Source: Podarcis gaigeae
Taxonomy: Eukaryota
Assembly: GCA_964106915.2 (NCBI GenBank)
Contig: OZ066924.1
Strand: one strand, 5' to 3'
DNA: 64,000 bases
Made by a program: the position numbers and the translations under genes. The notes below the pieces were generated by a model. The model was not told the DNA's origin, did no database searches, and saw only the letters and a program-made list of their open reading frames with translations. Of this stretch, positions 33,066 to 46,805 are shown piece by piece; position 1 is the stretch's first letter, and each line of letters begins with the position of its first letter.

Positions 33066-34066
33066 GTAAGTGGAGATCCAACCATACACTCCTTCCTACA
33101 ACCATCTATTTAGTTGCATTTCCCTTTCTGGTGGCTGTCCCCCCCCCTTTTTTTTGTTTATTTCTGCAGTTTGTTCAATGGGGATACCCTGCCACATTCC
33201 GCTTCCTTGCCCATCAGTGCCTTAAGGATCCCACACAGTCTTGCTGTGAAATGGCCCTAGTTCTGGGGGCTTGGGCCACCTTCAGAGTGAGCATCATCAC
33301 CTTGCCTGAGTGTGGCTGGAGGGCTCCGTGGATGAGGCCCTGATCCGCCTCCTGGCTCCCCTGTGCACTTGGCGGTGGGAGCAGCCAGTGGGCAAGCTCA
33401 TTTCAGTCAGTGGCTGCCGAATATGGCATGTGGACGGATCCAGACATGCATGCCCACTTCTCCCTTTCTCAACCCTCCATGCGTGGTTCCTCCCCCTTCT
33501 GGTCCCGGTGGTCTCTCTTCCATGGAGGAGAATTGCTGGTTTCCCCCACCCGCAGCCTGGGGGAAGGTCCCAACTGTCTCCTGCAATGGCAGAGGCCAGC
33601 TTCCTTGAAAGCTGCCCTCAAAACATTGGGCAAAAATCTATCTGTTGGGGATCCTTTGGGTACATCTTGCCTTTTTTTTCCCAAGCAAGAGGCTGGATTC
33701 AGTAGGTCGGATCCCTTTATGTGATCCCCCTTGGACCTTCCTTCTGTGCCCTGCCTGTGACACGAGGAAGAGCTCTGATGAGTGGCTAATTGGGGGGCCA
33801 AGTGGGTGACCTCCTTCTGGGGCCTTCTTCCTCTCGGGCAGAGGAGCTGTGGTGGGAATGGCAGAGCAGGCAAGCCTGCTGGAGCACGGAAGCCCCTTCT
33901 CACCTGTTGCGCTCCTAATAGTTTGGCTTCCTGCCCTCCCTTCAAGGAGCTCAGGGCGTCTGACTTGGGGGTCAGCAACATGCGCAGAGACCACCCTGAG
34001 CTGTGAATGATGCTCTTGAAAGAAGCACAAGGGTGCAGAGTAACTGAGGCTGCTTTTCTTTCACAG

Positions 34067-34141
34067 TCGCTGGTCCAGTCCCGGAAGGCCGGAATTACCT
34101 CAGCCATGGCCACCCGAACTTCTCTCAAGGACGAGGAGCTG
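34067..34141 (+). CDS. UNC13B: exon SLVQSRKAGITSAMATRTSLKDEEL
   Basis: tttcacag|TCG...CTG|gtaagg; 75 nt, phase 0/0. Confidence 0.96.
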
Positions 34142-34973
34142 GTAAGGGAGCCGGAGAGCTCGCCTCCGCCTTCTGGCAGGCCCCGGCCTGTGGTCCGAGT
34201 GCCCCTCGCGCTCTCCGTGGAGCACAAAAGCCGGCTCAGAGCGAAGCTGGCGTGGAAAGTCCGCCCTCGTCGGCACAGGCGAGATCAAAATAGCATGAAA
34301 GGGGGAGACTTTCAAAGGCAGCCAAGAGAGCTGAACTTGCTCCCACAGAACAGCCATTACAAGAACAATGGGGTGTGTGCCGGGGGGGGGCGGTTAATTA
34401 CCTACGTGGGACTGCTGAAAGGAAAAGCAGCAGCACCTGAGGAGACAGAACAGAGCAGCTCTTGCGCTGCTGTTTCCATCAAGTCTCCTGCTCCTTGCCT
34501 GTCCTTTGAAAGCACTGCCCAGGGCCTGGCTCTTAGGAGCGATGGGGCGGGGGCCACGGAGGGCTCCCCACACGCTGCCACCACAACACAATGCAGGCAT
34601 TGCTGGCCTGGTCGGGTGCCGGGCCTGGTTGAAAGGAAGCTCACAGGAGAGGAGGGCTCTGCTTGCTCAGCCTACGTGGATCAGGCCCCACCACTCTGGC
34701 TTTGGTTACTAGGGGCAGCTAGCACACTCGAGGTGCTCTTCTCCTGCGATGAAGTACCCCCCCCCCCGGCCTCTTTTGGTTTGGAAACGCTGGCCCTGAA
34801 CACGTCCTTGCTGAGTTTGGCAAGGAGCTGTTCGCCGTAAGTGCTGCTCTCTGCGCGCTGCCTGGAAGGGCGGCTCTGCTTCAGGGCTGACCCCGGCAGG
34901 CATCCCATAAAGCCGGCAGGTGAGGCCAGGTCCCGTATTCTGACCCTTCAAGAAAACGGAGCCTGATCCCTAA

Positions 34974-35273
<300 letters not shown>

Positions 35274-38062
35274 TAGCCCCTCCCTTTCCTGTGGGGCAAG
35301 AACTGCTAGGGGTAGAGGGGGCGGGCTGTAGGGCAGCCACATTTGTTTCATTTCTCAGTGGCTTGTTTTTGGGGAATGAGGCAAATGAATGGAAAGGCTT
35401 AAAAAATGGGGGTGAGGAAATGGAAAGAAGGCTCTTGAGATTCTGAACAGCAGTCAAGACGCTGTTGGGTCTCCCTGGTGATGGTGCTTCGTCTGCTCTG
35501 GGTGGGGCTGGGTAATGGGTGGCCGCCCAAGTGTTGCTGGGCTACAGCTCCCCTTGTTCCATGGGGGCTGGGGGCGCAGGAGAGTTGGAGTCCAGCAGCA
35601 CCTGCCGTGGGGCATCAGGTGAGCCAGCTCTGACGTGCAGGAGGTGGAGATGTTCTTCAACCCAGCCTTGGCACAGGAGACCCAAGTGACCTCAGTGGCC
35701 AGAAGGACCTTGCAGACAGCTGTGTCCTCTCTAGACTGAGAACATCTGACTGCTTGGTAACCTCCCCTCTGGATCTGACGCAGTCCACGGTTGTTCACTC
35801 ATGTCAGCTGTCCCGGGAGGGGCCCCTCTTTTTTTCCTTTTTGTTGAAGGAAAAGCCAAAATAAAATAAGTTTACTCTTGTGGGTTTCTGTCTGTATCAC
35901 AAATAGAAAGCTGTGTTTTTGTCTTTCCCTTCTTGGGGGAGAGGTCTCTTTCCCCCTCCATGGGGAAAACAAGCTGTTTCCTTGTTAGCTGCTGACCGCT
36001 TTGGCCTCCTGTCTTTGGGAAGAGTTAAAGCTCAGAAAAGCTGACACTTTGGGCAGTAGCTTTGTTCTGGGCTGGCCCCATCCCTCTCCCTTGATGCAGC
36101 AGGAAGGACATCGATACTCAGCCTGGCTTTGTGTTTCCTTTCCTGCCTCTGCTCTTGGCACCTGAAGGTTTTAGCCAAGTAGCATTTTGGTCTCGGTGGA
36201 TCACTTTGAATATAATTTCAACCATGGAGTCCTGGGAGGAGTTGCCTCTTGTTTTTGTGTGTGCAAATTGCCTCCTTTGTCTTGTGAAGGACAGATGGCT
36301 TTTTAGCAGCTCTGTGAGGGAGGTAAAAAAGAAAAAGAAGTCCACCTGGTTTGCAGCTTCACAGAAATAGAAATCTCACATTTTGAATGCAACAGGTGCG
36401 GCAGATGCATTGATGCCCAGTTGGCAAATCCTGCAGGGAAGCTATGAGGCCTAATTTTGGTTTTGTTTTCTGAGAGTTGACCCACCACTGGCAACTTGCT
36501 GAGGCTGCCTGCTCAGCCCGTCTTTTCCTAGAGTTGAACTAGACGGCTCATTCCTGCTTGATATCATTCATCTGAATCACCACCATGGTTTGTCAAGAGG
36601 CCTGCTTTCTGAACGCAGGAAGGAAATTTGTGGGGTGTGTGGAACAGGGCAGAGATGAGAGACCATAGGCCAGGACCTGGGCAAAGCACTTAGAGGCAGC
36701 GTCCTGCACTGGGCAAACTAGGCAGAATCCTTGTCATGTCTGTTGCTGTGTCTTCCTCCCTGCTGCAACAGTTCACAGGGGCTCAGAACAGTTGCTTGTA
36801 TGCCATGAATGCCATGACCTGGGATCATTATTTGGGCATACATAAAAGTCTCTACACTTCGGGACACTCCTGCAGGAGAACAAAGGATTGAAAACAGACT
36901 CTGCCATTTGGATGCCCCCTTTTCTTGGGTTTCATATCCTTATTTCTTAAGTCGTAGTTCGTGCAAACACTTTATCTTGGTGCCGGTTCTGCGCCATTTT
37001 GAATTGAATTTGATAGGAGCATGTAGCTTGCCTATGTTCAGTTAAGGTCTGGAGCCCCATCACAAACCATCGTCAACCTCCCCCCCTCCGGCCCGGCAGA
37101 GCAGTGGGGAGAGACTATTTCCCCTAATGAAGGTAAGGGGGGAGAGGAGGGTGCCCCCCTCCCTGGCGCATCTTGCAGTGCTTTTAGCTGTGAGGCTGCA
37201 GCATCCTTGACTCAAACCCTGGAAGCCAACCAGCCACTTTGGGAACTGGTTCACTTCCGACTCCGCTCTGGTTGTTTGATCAAAAGGGGGAATTCTCGTT
37301 CTCTTCCTTTTACAAACCTTGGTGCTGAGTGTTCAGGCGGTGATTGAAGTGCAACCTTTGTGAGCGCCAGTTTCGTCACAGGCTCTCTGTCAAGAAGTGT
37401 TTGGGCAGCAGAAGGAACGCTGGTTTTTATTTTAAATCGCAAAGCCTATTTTAGGGTTCCAAGAACAAATCATTTTCAGGCATTACCCTCCTACCTAACA
37501 GATGTCCCCCATACCATCAGCAGGAGGAAGGTGCACATTTCTCCACTAAGGCAAATGGCACTTGGGGGGAAACTCCCGAGGGGATCCCCAGTTCCTGTGC
37601 AGCAAGCACGTTCCGTTGGAGGCTTCCCTCTCCTTGTGACCACCCTGCGCAAGATGCTGGGGGAGCCAGAAGCCACCGGGGGGGGGGTTGGCTCCTGAGG
37701 CTGGGATGCTGTTCTGTCATCTGGCCAGGAAAAGACCTTTAAGTTACAGGCTAGCAGGATCCCCTTTCCCCCCTACTCAGCCTCTACTTATAAACGCTGT
37801 TTCTGTCTGTCTGTCTGTGTGTGCCCATGCGGCTCTCCCATTAGCAACAAGTGCTCTGTTTCCAACTGCCTTGGGTGGCATCAGGAATCTCAGTCTTGCA
37901 TACCACACGGCCCTGGCTTAGGGGAATTGAGTTGGGTCCAACTTCCTGGAAACTAGCATGATTCCAAGAGCAGTTTTGCTCCCCTGCCCTCTTTCCAGCC
38001 GGATCGACGGGGTCAGCTCTTTGCCAGCCGTCCCTTGCTAATCCTTTCCGCATTGTTTGCAG

Positions 38063-38290
38063 GAGCGGCAGAGAAGTGCTCGAAGCATGGGGCCGAGGAT
38101 CGCACCCAGAACATCATCATGGCCATGAAGGATCGCATGAAGATCCGAGAGAGGAACAAACCAGAGATCTTTGACCTGATCAGAGATGTCTTCAGTGAGA
38201 GCAAAATGACCCACTCTCAGCAGATGAAGACGGTCAAGCAGAGCGTTCTGGACGGTACCTCCAAGTGGTCAGCCAAAATCACCATCACAG
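38063..38290 (+). CDS. UNC13B: exon, C1-C2B linker ([10 protein letters not shown]...SAKITIT)
   Basis: ttgcag|GA...ACAG|gtcagc; phase 1/1. Confidence 0.97.
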
Positions 38291-38403
38291 GTCAGCAAGG
38301 CAGCCTGAGCCGGGAGGGGGGGGAAGGTGCCTTAGCTGCTCCTGGAACTGCCTCGTGTGTTTCTTTAGCTGTGCCGTCTTGCTACGATAATGTGTTTTTC
38401 TGA

Positions 38404-38568
<165 letters not shown>

Positions 38569-38702
38569 TAAGTATTTGTGTGTTGTTTTTCCACTCCTCT
38601 TTCATAGATTCCCGTGTTGTCCTTTTTGTTTACAAAACACCTTGGGGGGGGGAGGGGACACAAATACCTGCCAAATATCTCAATAATAATAAAAAGGCCA
38701 AA

Positions 38703-38849
38703 NNNNNNNNNNNNNNNNNNNNNNNNNNNNNNNNNNNNNNNNNNNNNNNNNNNNNNNNNNNNNNNNNNNNNNNNNNNNNNNNNNNNNNNNNNNNNNNNNN
38801 NNNNNNNNNNNNNNNNNNNNNNNNNNNNNNNNNNNNNNNNNNNNNNNNN
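38703..38849. other. assembly gap (147 N)
   Basis: Run of n; intronic, and the flanking exons join in frame. Confidence 1.
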
Positions 38850-39019
38850 AGCCCTGATTCAAGATAGCAGCATCCAGGGGCGCAAGAAGTGGGTAGCCAC
38901 CCACCCACAGGCATTTCTGGAGAAAGACAATTGAAAGGGGCCCAGTTGTCTGGCTTATCGTCTGGTTTGTGTAGTGAAATTCCTTGGTAGAGGCAGGAGG
39001 TACAACTGAATTACCTGCT

Positions 39020-39780
39020 GGAGATGGGAGTTGGAGATTGGGTGCTACAGCGGAGCTGCTCTTTTCTGACGGTTGGATTGAGAAGGTGGTCTCAGTCTGC
39101 AGCCATTGCACAATATAGCTTTACTCTCTCTTGTCCCCCCCGACCTCTTCAATGTCTTCTTGAAACCGACAGGGGAGGTTTGCCAGGGATTTGGGTACCT
39201 GCCTTTTCATCTGATCCAGAAGAGGCTGTGGACGTCTGGGCTCCATGATGGGCTGGGTGTGGGCTGAGGAGCTGGGGCTCAGTCCTGGGAAGGTGGAGGT
39301 GCTGCTGTTGGGCAATGTGTTGGACCATGACAGGTAGACGTCAGGGCTGCACTTTCCCTCTTGGCAGCTCAGGGCTGCCTTTGGAGCCAGCTTTGCTGAG
39401 AGATGCCTAAGTAGAAGCGATGCCTTTCAACGACTCCAGATGTTGTGCAACCTGATTCCCCTTCTGGGAAGGGATGATCTTGTCCCAGTTGGAGGACCGC
39501 TGTGCGCTATATATGGGGCTGCCTATGCAAAACATTTGGAAACGTCGGTTATTCCAGAGCACAGCAGCCAAGATATTAGCTGGGTCTCATTTGGGGGAAC
39601 TTCACTGGCTTCTGATTTCCTTTGGAGCTCAAAGTGCTGATTCTAGCCAAGAAAGCTTATTCATAGCCTGGGGGCTCTTCTCCTGTCAGAACCTTCCTTT
39701 CAGTGGAGATCTGATCAGGCCCTTCCAGAAGCTAGAGGGGGCTGTCACTGCAGAGAGGGCCTTCTCTGTGGGGCTGTCCC
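39020..39780 (+). mobile_element. old degraded L2 ORF2 fragment
   Basis: Remnants GWVWAEELGLSPGKVEVLLL (cf. WM..N.LKLNP.KTEVL) and ERAFSV. Confidence 0.5.
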
Positions 39781-40068
39781 ACTTTCTTTGCCTGCTCCAG
39801 ACCCATTGACCCGGCCTCCTCATTACTCTCTGCTAAGCCTCCTGCTTTCCTGACCTTTCAACAGAACTTGGGATCCGTCATCATCACCAGGTTTTATATT
39901 TATTTGTGCTGTTTATTTTTGAGTACTTTTGAGTATTGTTTCTGCTTTTGCTCCTTTTATTGAAATCAATGACATTTAAGTGGTTATTTGTAAGCTGCTC
40001 TCAGGACAAGGCAAAGGAAAAAGGAAAAAAAGAAACTTACATGGGCCTCTGGTTCTGTTTGTTAGAGG

Positions 40069-40285
40069 CAGGGCCGGCCCACCGATGAGGCAAGGTGAGG
40101 CAAGGTGAGGCAACCGCCTCAGGTGGCAAGATCCACAAGTGCAGCAGATCCCAATGTAGATCTTTATCCCCGCCCCCTCCCCCCGTTATGGATGTAGATC
40201 TTCATTCAGCCCTTATTCCCAAGCAGGGAAGGAGAGACCATTTTGTGGTTCGCCTCAGGTGCCCAAATGTCTTGGGCCGGCCCTG
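40069..40285. mobile_element. hAT MITE (Tip100-like termini)
   Basis: TIR CAGGGCCGGCCCA / TGGGCCGGCCCTG; perfect 8-bp TSD GTTAGAGG at 40061-40068 and 40286-40293. Confidence 0.9.
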
Positions 40286-41799
40286 GTTAGAGGGATTATG
40301 GTCCCTTCATCTTGCTTTAGGAAGGGCAGCAGGGTGCCTGCAGGGTGCTTCTCGGTTAACAGTGCAACCCCTGTATCTGTGCCCAAGTGGCATGAAACCT
40401 GGCGGGCAGCACGGTGACAGAGAGCACGGAAAGCTGCAGCTAAGGACTTTGTTAGTCTGCAAAGTGGTTGCCAAGTTAACAAGAGATGCCCTCAAGTTGC
40501 TGCTGCTGTCGTTTCACATTTAATTAACGCTAAACCTAAAGCGGAGTCGGCTGCTGCAGAACAGCTTTGTTCGATGGGTGCTCAGCTTCTTTAAAAAGGT
40601 CTCCTCCTTGACAGCAGTTGGCCAGCTTTTCCCTTCCTCCTCTTGGCCTCCCCCCTCCCTGGGCAAAGGAGCCCCATTACCCCCGGAAGACCCCAATGTG
40701 TCAGCCAAGGGACCTTTGCATTTGGTACTTTCGTCAGCTATCTGAGCTGCCATGGCTCTTCTTCCTTGAGAGCAGATTTTGAATGAAAATGGACGAAGTG
40801 GGTCTTCTGTGAGCTAGAGCTGGTGGATCTCACTCCATTCTGAGTGTCAAATGCAGTTTGTGTTTTCAAGAAAATTGCACACGTTACAAAGACTAAGCTT
40901 TTGCTTGGATGGATGAGGAAGCCTTCCTGGTCTTTCTTTAGAGAATCATTGTCCACAGGAGGCCTGACGGGTTCCTTACAAAGTATTCTGCAACCCCTCG
41001 ATAGTTTGCGGAGACACCTCCAGGTTTAAGAGCACGAATGGAGGAGAGACGGAATCCTTGCAATGGGCCCAGGGGTTCATGCAGGGTTCATTCAGCCCAG
41101 GGGTGCATAAACATCCCGGGAATCAGCTGCCACCCAGTGACCCTTCCCATTGCCCCAGGGCGGGTTCAGCACCGGGAGTGGAGTTTCTTTTCCCCCTGGG
41201 CTGGGAAGCCAGTTTCCTCCGGACGTTCGCTGCCCGTTCAATGCCAGCACCTGGTAAAGCAGAAGAGCTGCCTGCTCACAAGGCTGGAGCTGGAAAGCCG
41301 AGACATGGGCACGTCGAAGCTCTGCTGACGTCTCCAGATGTAATTGTCTCAAAGGGGGAATCAGAAAGCACAGCTCATCAGGGGAATAATCACGCATAAA
41401 CACAGGATTTCGGTGAGATGCTGAGCGTGATAATAGGCTGGGCCCCTGCAAGAAAGATTACAGAGCCAGGCGGAAGCTTTTAAGCAGCGACACTGTAGTT
41501 AACCACCCAGCTGGCTAGTTTGAGAGGATTTAATGGTAATCAAAACTGTTACATGCGGCTGCCTCATCTACACCTGATATTGATCATCAGCTGCAGGGAG
41601 GCATCTCATCTCTTGTAGCAGCTGGACTGGCTTTGGTAGCGAGGGAATAAATATATCACAAAAGTACCCCGCTAACTCCCCTCCCCCTCCCCACAAGGCA
41701 CCCAGCGACATTGCCATGTGGCTGGAAGAATACCATGCCTGGCAGCTTCTGGAACATTGGCATGACTTGGGCAGAGAGAGACCGCCCACATTTGACCAC

Positions 41800-42454
41800 T
41801 CGCAGTGTCATCCTGTTAAAAAAGCACGGTGCAGTTCTGAGAGAGGAGGAGTCGGGTTTTGTGTGAAGCATGTGTAGACTTGTGAAGAAATACATGACTG
41901 GAGCATAGAAAACAGATTGAGAGTATAGGGGTAAAAACTGTAGGAGACAGAAGCACCTTACTGGGGGTGTCTGCTATAGACCTCCAAGCCAGACTGAAGA
42001 CTTGGGTGGTGCAGATTACCAACCATTCAGAAAAGAAAGATATAGTAGTCATGGGAAACTTCAGCCTCCCCGATATCTGTTGGAATGCAAACTCTGCCAA
42101 GAAGGTCCAGCATGCACTTCGGCTCTGAGAAGGCCAATTTCAAAAAGCTTAAGGAGCTGCTGGGTGAGATTCCCATGCTCAGAAATGCTCAGAGAGAAGG
42201 GAGTCCAAGTTGGATGGGGATTTCTAAAAGGAGAAACAGGAGGTTCTGTGAAACACAGTGTTTGGGCTTATTATATGCGTCTCAGACTCTCTCTCCACAC
42301 ACACACACACACACACACACCAACTACTGGTGCGTTTGACTCTTGAGAAGCCTGCTTGATGCAGCATTTCCAGAGTAGTTGAGATTCCTGCACTGCAGGG
42401 GTTGGGCTAGATGACTCTTGGGGTCCCTCCTGACTTTGCAATTCTATGATTCTA
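41800..42454 (+). mobile_element. internally deleted CR1 (endonuclease remnant plus 3' tail)
   Basis: LGVCYRPP-like and VVMGNFS.PDICW remnants, KANFKKLKELLGEIP; ends in ATTCTATGATTCT. Confidence 0.8.
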
Positions 42455-43083
42455 AGCCCGAAAAGAGAGGTGGCACCCCCTGGCCCACCCTCTTGGCAGA
42501 GAGGGCAGAGCAGTGCCCCCCCCCCCGGGGAGCGAGAGGAGCCCACTCAGAGAGAGGCCTTCCGTGAGTCTGGATGGAGCTCTGCTTCACAGTGGGAGCT
42601 GACGGTAGGAAGGTTTCAGATGGAAGGCAGCCTCCCTGGGAACGTCTCTCATTTAATTCACTTTTAGCCGTGCAAATTGCCAGGAGTTTAAAAGGTGTCA
42701 ATTAATGGATCCCGAGTTACAGGTCAGTGGCAACTGGAAGCCCCACAAAGGCTTGGGGGAGAGCGAGGGAAATGCCACTGTCCTGATTGACAGAAGCTTC
42801 GCAGTTCGCCCATGACCCATTTTTTCACTTTCTTCTTCATTTTCTTCGGGTTGCTTGGCAACAGATGGTGCATTCTTAAAAAGGCTAAATCCCAAGCCTT
42901 GAGCACAGGCTCTGCGATGAGGCAGGTCGTGCGTTTTCCTCCCCGGGCTGGGTAGTTGCCAGGGCTGGTTAGGATGAGTAATTGTTCCCATCATGGGTCC
43001 ACCTGCCCCTCTCAGTCCGTCCTTTCTGTCGCTTGCCCTTTGTGAGCTGAGGCATTTGCCACAGGAGACAACCCGTCTTGCTA

Positions 43084-43084
<1 letters not shown>

Positions 43085-43130
<46 letters not shown>
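43085..43130 (+). repeat. (CA)n microsatellite
   Basis: Seen directly. Confidence 0.95.
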
Positions 43131-43134
<4 letters not shown>

Positions 43135-44087
43135 TGGGGCTGCGGGGAGAGAGGTGGACCCAAAAATGACTTTAGTCCAAACACATGCATCCTCTGTCCC
43201 TTGTACCTTCAGGTTGGCTTCAGTATCACATTTGCACACCAGAGATTGCATCCAGAATGACTTCTGAAAAGGCTGCGTGCCTCTGGAAAGCAGGTGTTCC
43301 GTAAGGATTCAAGAGCAAGCTGGGAGATGCTGGCTTGGTTCCTTTCTGCTCAGTGTAGCACCCCAGGAAACAGCCACAGGAGTGGCAAATGTTCATGTCA
43401 CGTGGTTTTTACCTGTGTCGCAATAAGCAGCTGTGCGGACAGGTTCCGAAAGAGCATTCCTGTGGGGGTCCAGGACCAAGGAAGAGGGTTGCAGCTTTTC
43501 CCCCTGGGAATGAGCTCAGCTTCTGCTGGGGATTGTCCACGCTCCGTGCCAAGATCACACGCAGGGTTGTTTTTGTATCGACTGGAGACCCAATGGCTTT
43601 AAACTGATGTGAAAAGCAAACGGCAGCCTGTCTTCACATCTTGAGGAAACATCATATTGGGCTGCCTGGGAAAGAGATGATTGCCAGGCAGAGCCCAGCT
43701 CCCTCTGCCAGTTGTCTCCCTCTGAGAAGTCTCAGGTCTCCCAACCTCATAGCTGGCAGAGCTCTCCAGGCCCTTTTGGGTGGGGGAAACGTCACCTGGT
43801 GGGCTCAGCTTATATGTGCAAGATTTCAGCTGGTTGTCAGGAAGGATGCAAAGCGGTGGCATTGCATCCTATTCTTTGGCCTGGAATCCCTCAATCCTTC
43901 CTCCTTTCCTCAGCAAATGGTGCATTTCTTTAGGAAAGCTGAGCCTAATACAGCAGAGGGCATGTGGGGCAGTGGAGGAGTGAGGGAGATACTTTTTTAA
44001 GGCAGGAGACAGAGCTACATGACAGTGCGCTTCCTCCTTGAACATCTTGAGACTTAGGCTGGTGCGCTGCTCATTTGGAGCTCTTGA

Positions 44088-44543
<456 letters not shown>

Positions 44544-45674
44544 TAAAGGGAAATTGTGTGAGAGAGACACAGAGAGAGACCCACTTCAGTCTGGGCTCAG
44601 CCAATAATTTAGTTTCTGGGCCTCAAAAATACAAGCTACAAAATCTTTCCACCTGGAAGCCCTGGCAGAGTCTGGCAGAGAGGCCACAGAAGTGGCTTCC
44701 CTGAGCCTTTCCCTGCAGGGCTGCCTTCTGAGCTCTGACTCGGCTGCACTGCCACGAGTGACTGCAACCTCTGACTGGGCTCAGAACCCAGATCCGCTGC
44801 CTCTCGCTGCGCACACAAGCAAGAGAACAGCTGCCGTGAAGACTCCCCCAGAAGAGTGTTGTGGGCAGAAGCAAAGCCGTCCGCAGACACCTCTCCTTAA
44901 CACCCCCCACGAGGCAGCAATATTTGGGGAAGAGTCTGGCTTGGTGAGAGCTCCAGGCAGATGGTGCCTGGGTTTGGGGGGAGGGCTTGGTTGCCTGCAA
45001 GAGTCCTCCGCTGCCCCCCTGCTCTGCTGAGCCGTCTCCTGCTTTCTTGCCTGGACTCTCATGGGGAGGGAAGGTTTGTGGGGGGGGGGACATTTCAGAG
45101 AGGGGCACTTGGCTGTGTCACAGAGGGAACTCTACTCCTCTCCCAGCCTGTGAAGTTGTCCTGTTCTCCATCTTCCTGATGGGCACCTCCAAGGCAGGTG
45201 CTCCCAAGGCATCCTGGAGTTGACTTTTGGCTGAGCCATCCCAGGGCTCTGAAGACATGGAAGTCTTCTCCTGCCTCTTCCCTTGTCTCCTTCCTCTGGA
45301 ATTGGATCCCCTGGGAGGAAAGGGCTGTTTCAGTTTCTTGAAGCCCAAGGCCTCCAACTCCAGGATTTTATAGCCAAAGGCAGGATCCTGCCACTGACAT
45401 TGCAGTGACTGATGGGACACAGGGCTGCAGAGAATGGGCTGCAAAGTTTGTTTGTGAGCCAGGTAGGCAGGAGCAGGGCTGTCTTGTTGGCACGGCTCTC
45501 TGCAGAGCCCCAATGCTGATATTTTAAGAGGCCCACAAATGGGAGAAGGGGTGCAGTCCTAGCCTTGGGGTACACAGCGCAGGGTTAACTCTGTTTTTTA
45601 AAAGAAAAAAAATCAATTTTTTTGGTTTTTCAAAGACTTACAGACATACAAATTACAAAGACACAAATCACATA

Positions 45675-45908
45675 CAGTGGATGCTCAGATTGCAAACATG
45701 ATACCTCAGGTTACAGACCCTTCAGGTTGCGTTTTTTCGGGTTATGGTCCACTGAAACCTGGAAGTACTGGAACGGGTTTCTTCCGGGTTTCAGCGGTCG
45801 CGCATGCTCAGAAGTGCAAGCCACACGTGCGCAGGCGCGGGTTGCGAACGCTGTGGGTTGTGAATGTGCATGCCGCATGGATCACATTCGCAACCCGAGT
45901 GTCCGCTG
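45675..45908. mobile_element. Tc1/mariner (Tigger-like) MITE
   Basis: TA|CAGTGGATGCTCAGATTGCAAACATGAT ... ATCACATTCGCAACCCGAGTGTCCGCTG|TA: imperfect TIRs with TA TSD. Confidence 0.8.
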
Positions 45909-46169
45909 TACACATATATTCGACTTCCCTCCCCCACTTTTGTGGTTTCTTTTTATTTAAAATTTCCACCCTGAATTTTCCACATTGCTCCACCTTTAAG
46001 TTAATATTTAGTTTCTCTTAATAATGTGTTTAGCTGTTTGTTTTACGTTAACCCTCGCAGGGTTGGCTCCGGCTGCCGCTCCCCTTTCTTCCTCCAGCCA
46101 ACCTTGCTGTGCTTTTGTGGAGGAGGCTCAGGGTTTCCCTCTTGAAAATGGGCTCGTTTTTCCTTTTAG

Positions 46170-46285
46170 AAAAAAGAACAGACAAGTCTGCTGTGTCCGG
46201 TGCCATCCGCCTTCAGATCAACGTGGAGATTAAAGGTGAAGAGAAGGTGGCCCCTTACCATGTCCAGTACACCTGCCTTCATGAG
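46170..46285 (+). CDS. UNC13B: exon, end of C2B ([15 protein letters not shown]...TCLHE)
   Basis: ttttag|AA...GAG|gtaagc. Confidence 0.97.
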
Positions 46286-46489
46286 GTAAGCTCCGCAGCA
46301 CGGTGGAGGAGGCCCAAGGCGGCAGCCTCTTTTCTCCTCTCGCAAAAAGAATGTTGTGGCACAGCGAATTCAGCATCCCCAAAGGCGGTTCCTCTGACTC
46401 TGGAAACCCCTCTCTCTCGCTTGCGTCTCTTGGACTCCAGGGGAAGCTGGCAGGCTAGTGGGGCAGAATGGGGGGAGACACTAGGCAGA

Positions 46490-46805
46490 CAGAAGCATCT
46501 CCTTCTTCACACATGCTTAAGCTATGGATTGCGCTCCTGCAAGACGCCATGGCGGCCACCAGCTTGGACTGCTTTAAAGAAGGATGAAGCAGATTCGTGG
46601 AGGAGGAGGAGGAGGAGAAGAGGGCTATTGATGGCTACGAGACTCCTTGGCTTTGCTCTGCCTCCCTGTTGGTGGCAGGGGTGCCTCTCAATGGCAGGTC
46701 TTGGGCATCACAAGGGGGAGAGCTGCTGTTATGCTCAGGTCCTGCTTGGGGCTTCCCATGGGATGCTGGTCCAGATGGGCCCCTTGGGTCTGACTTGGCT
46801 TCAGG
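46490..46805 (+). mobile_element. CR1 3' end
   Basis: KLW...[15 protein letters not shown]...RFVEE...AIDGY followed by 3' UTR. Confidence 0.7.

Noticed and set aside
33469-34227. 252-aa minus-strand ORF (similarly 43869-44570 and 51677-52414)
   Set aside because: Antisense shadows of exons plus GC-rich intron; no recognisable domains.
34007-34840. 277-aa ORF
   Set aside because: A 75-nt real exon with chance read-through into GC-rich intron; strong donor at 34142.
38703-38849. Missing exon hidden in the gap
   Set aside because: Flanking exons join seamlessly (EKFHF-ECHN).
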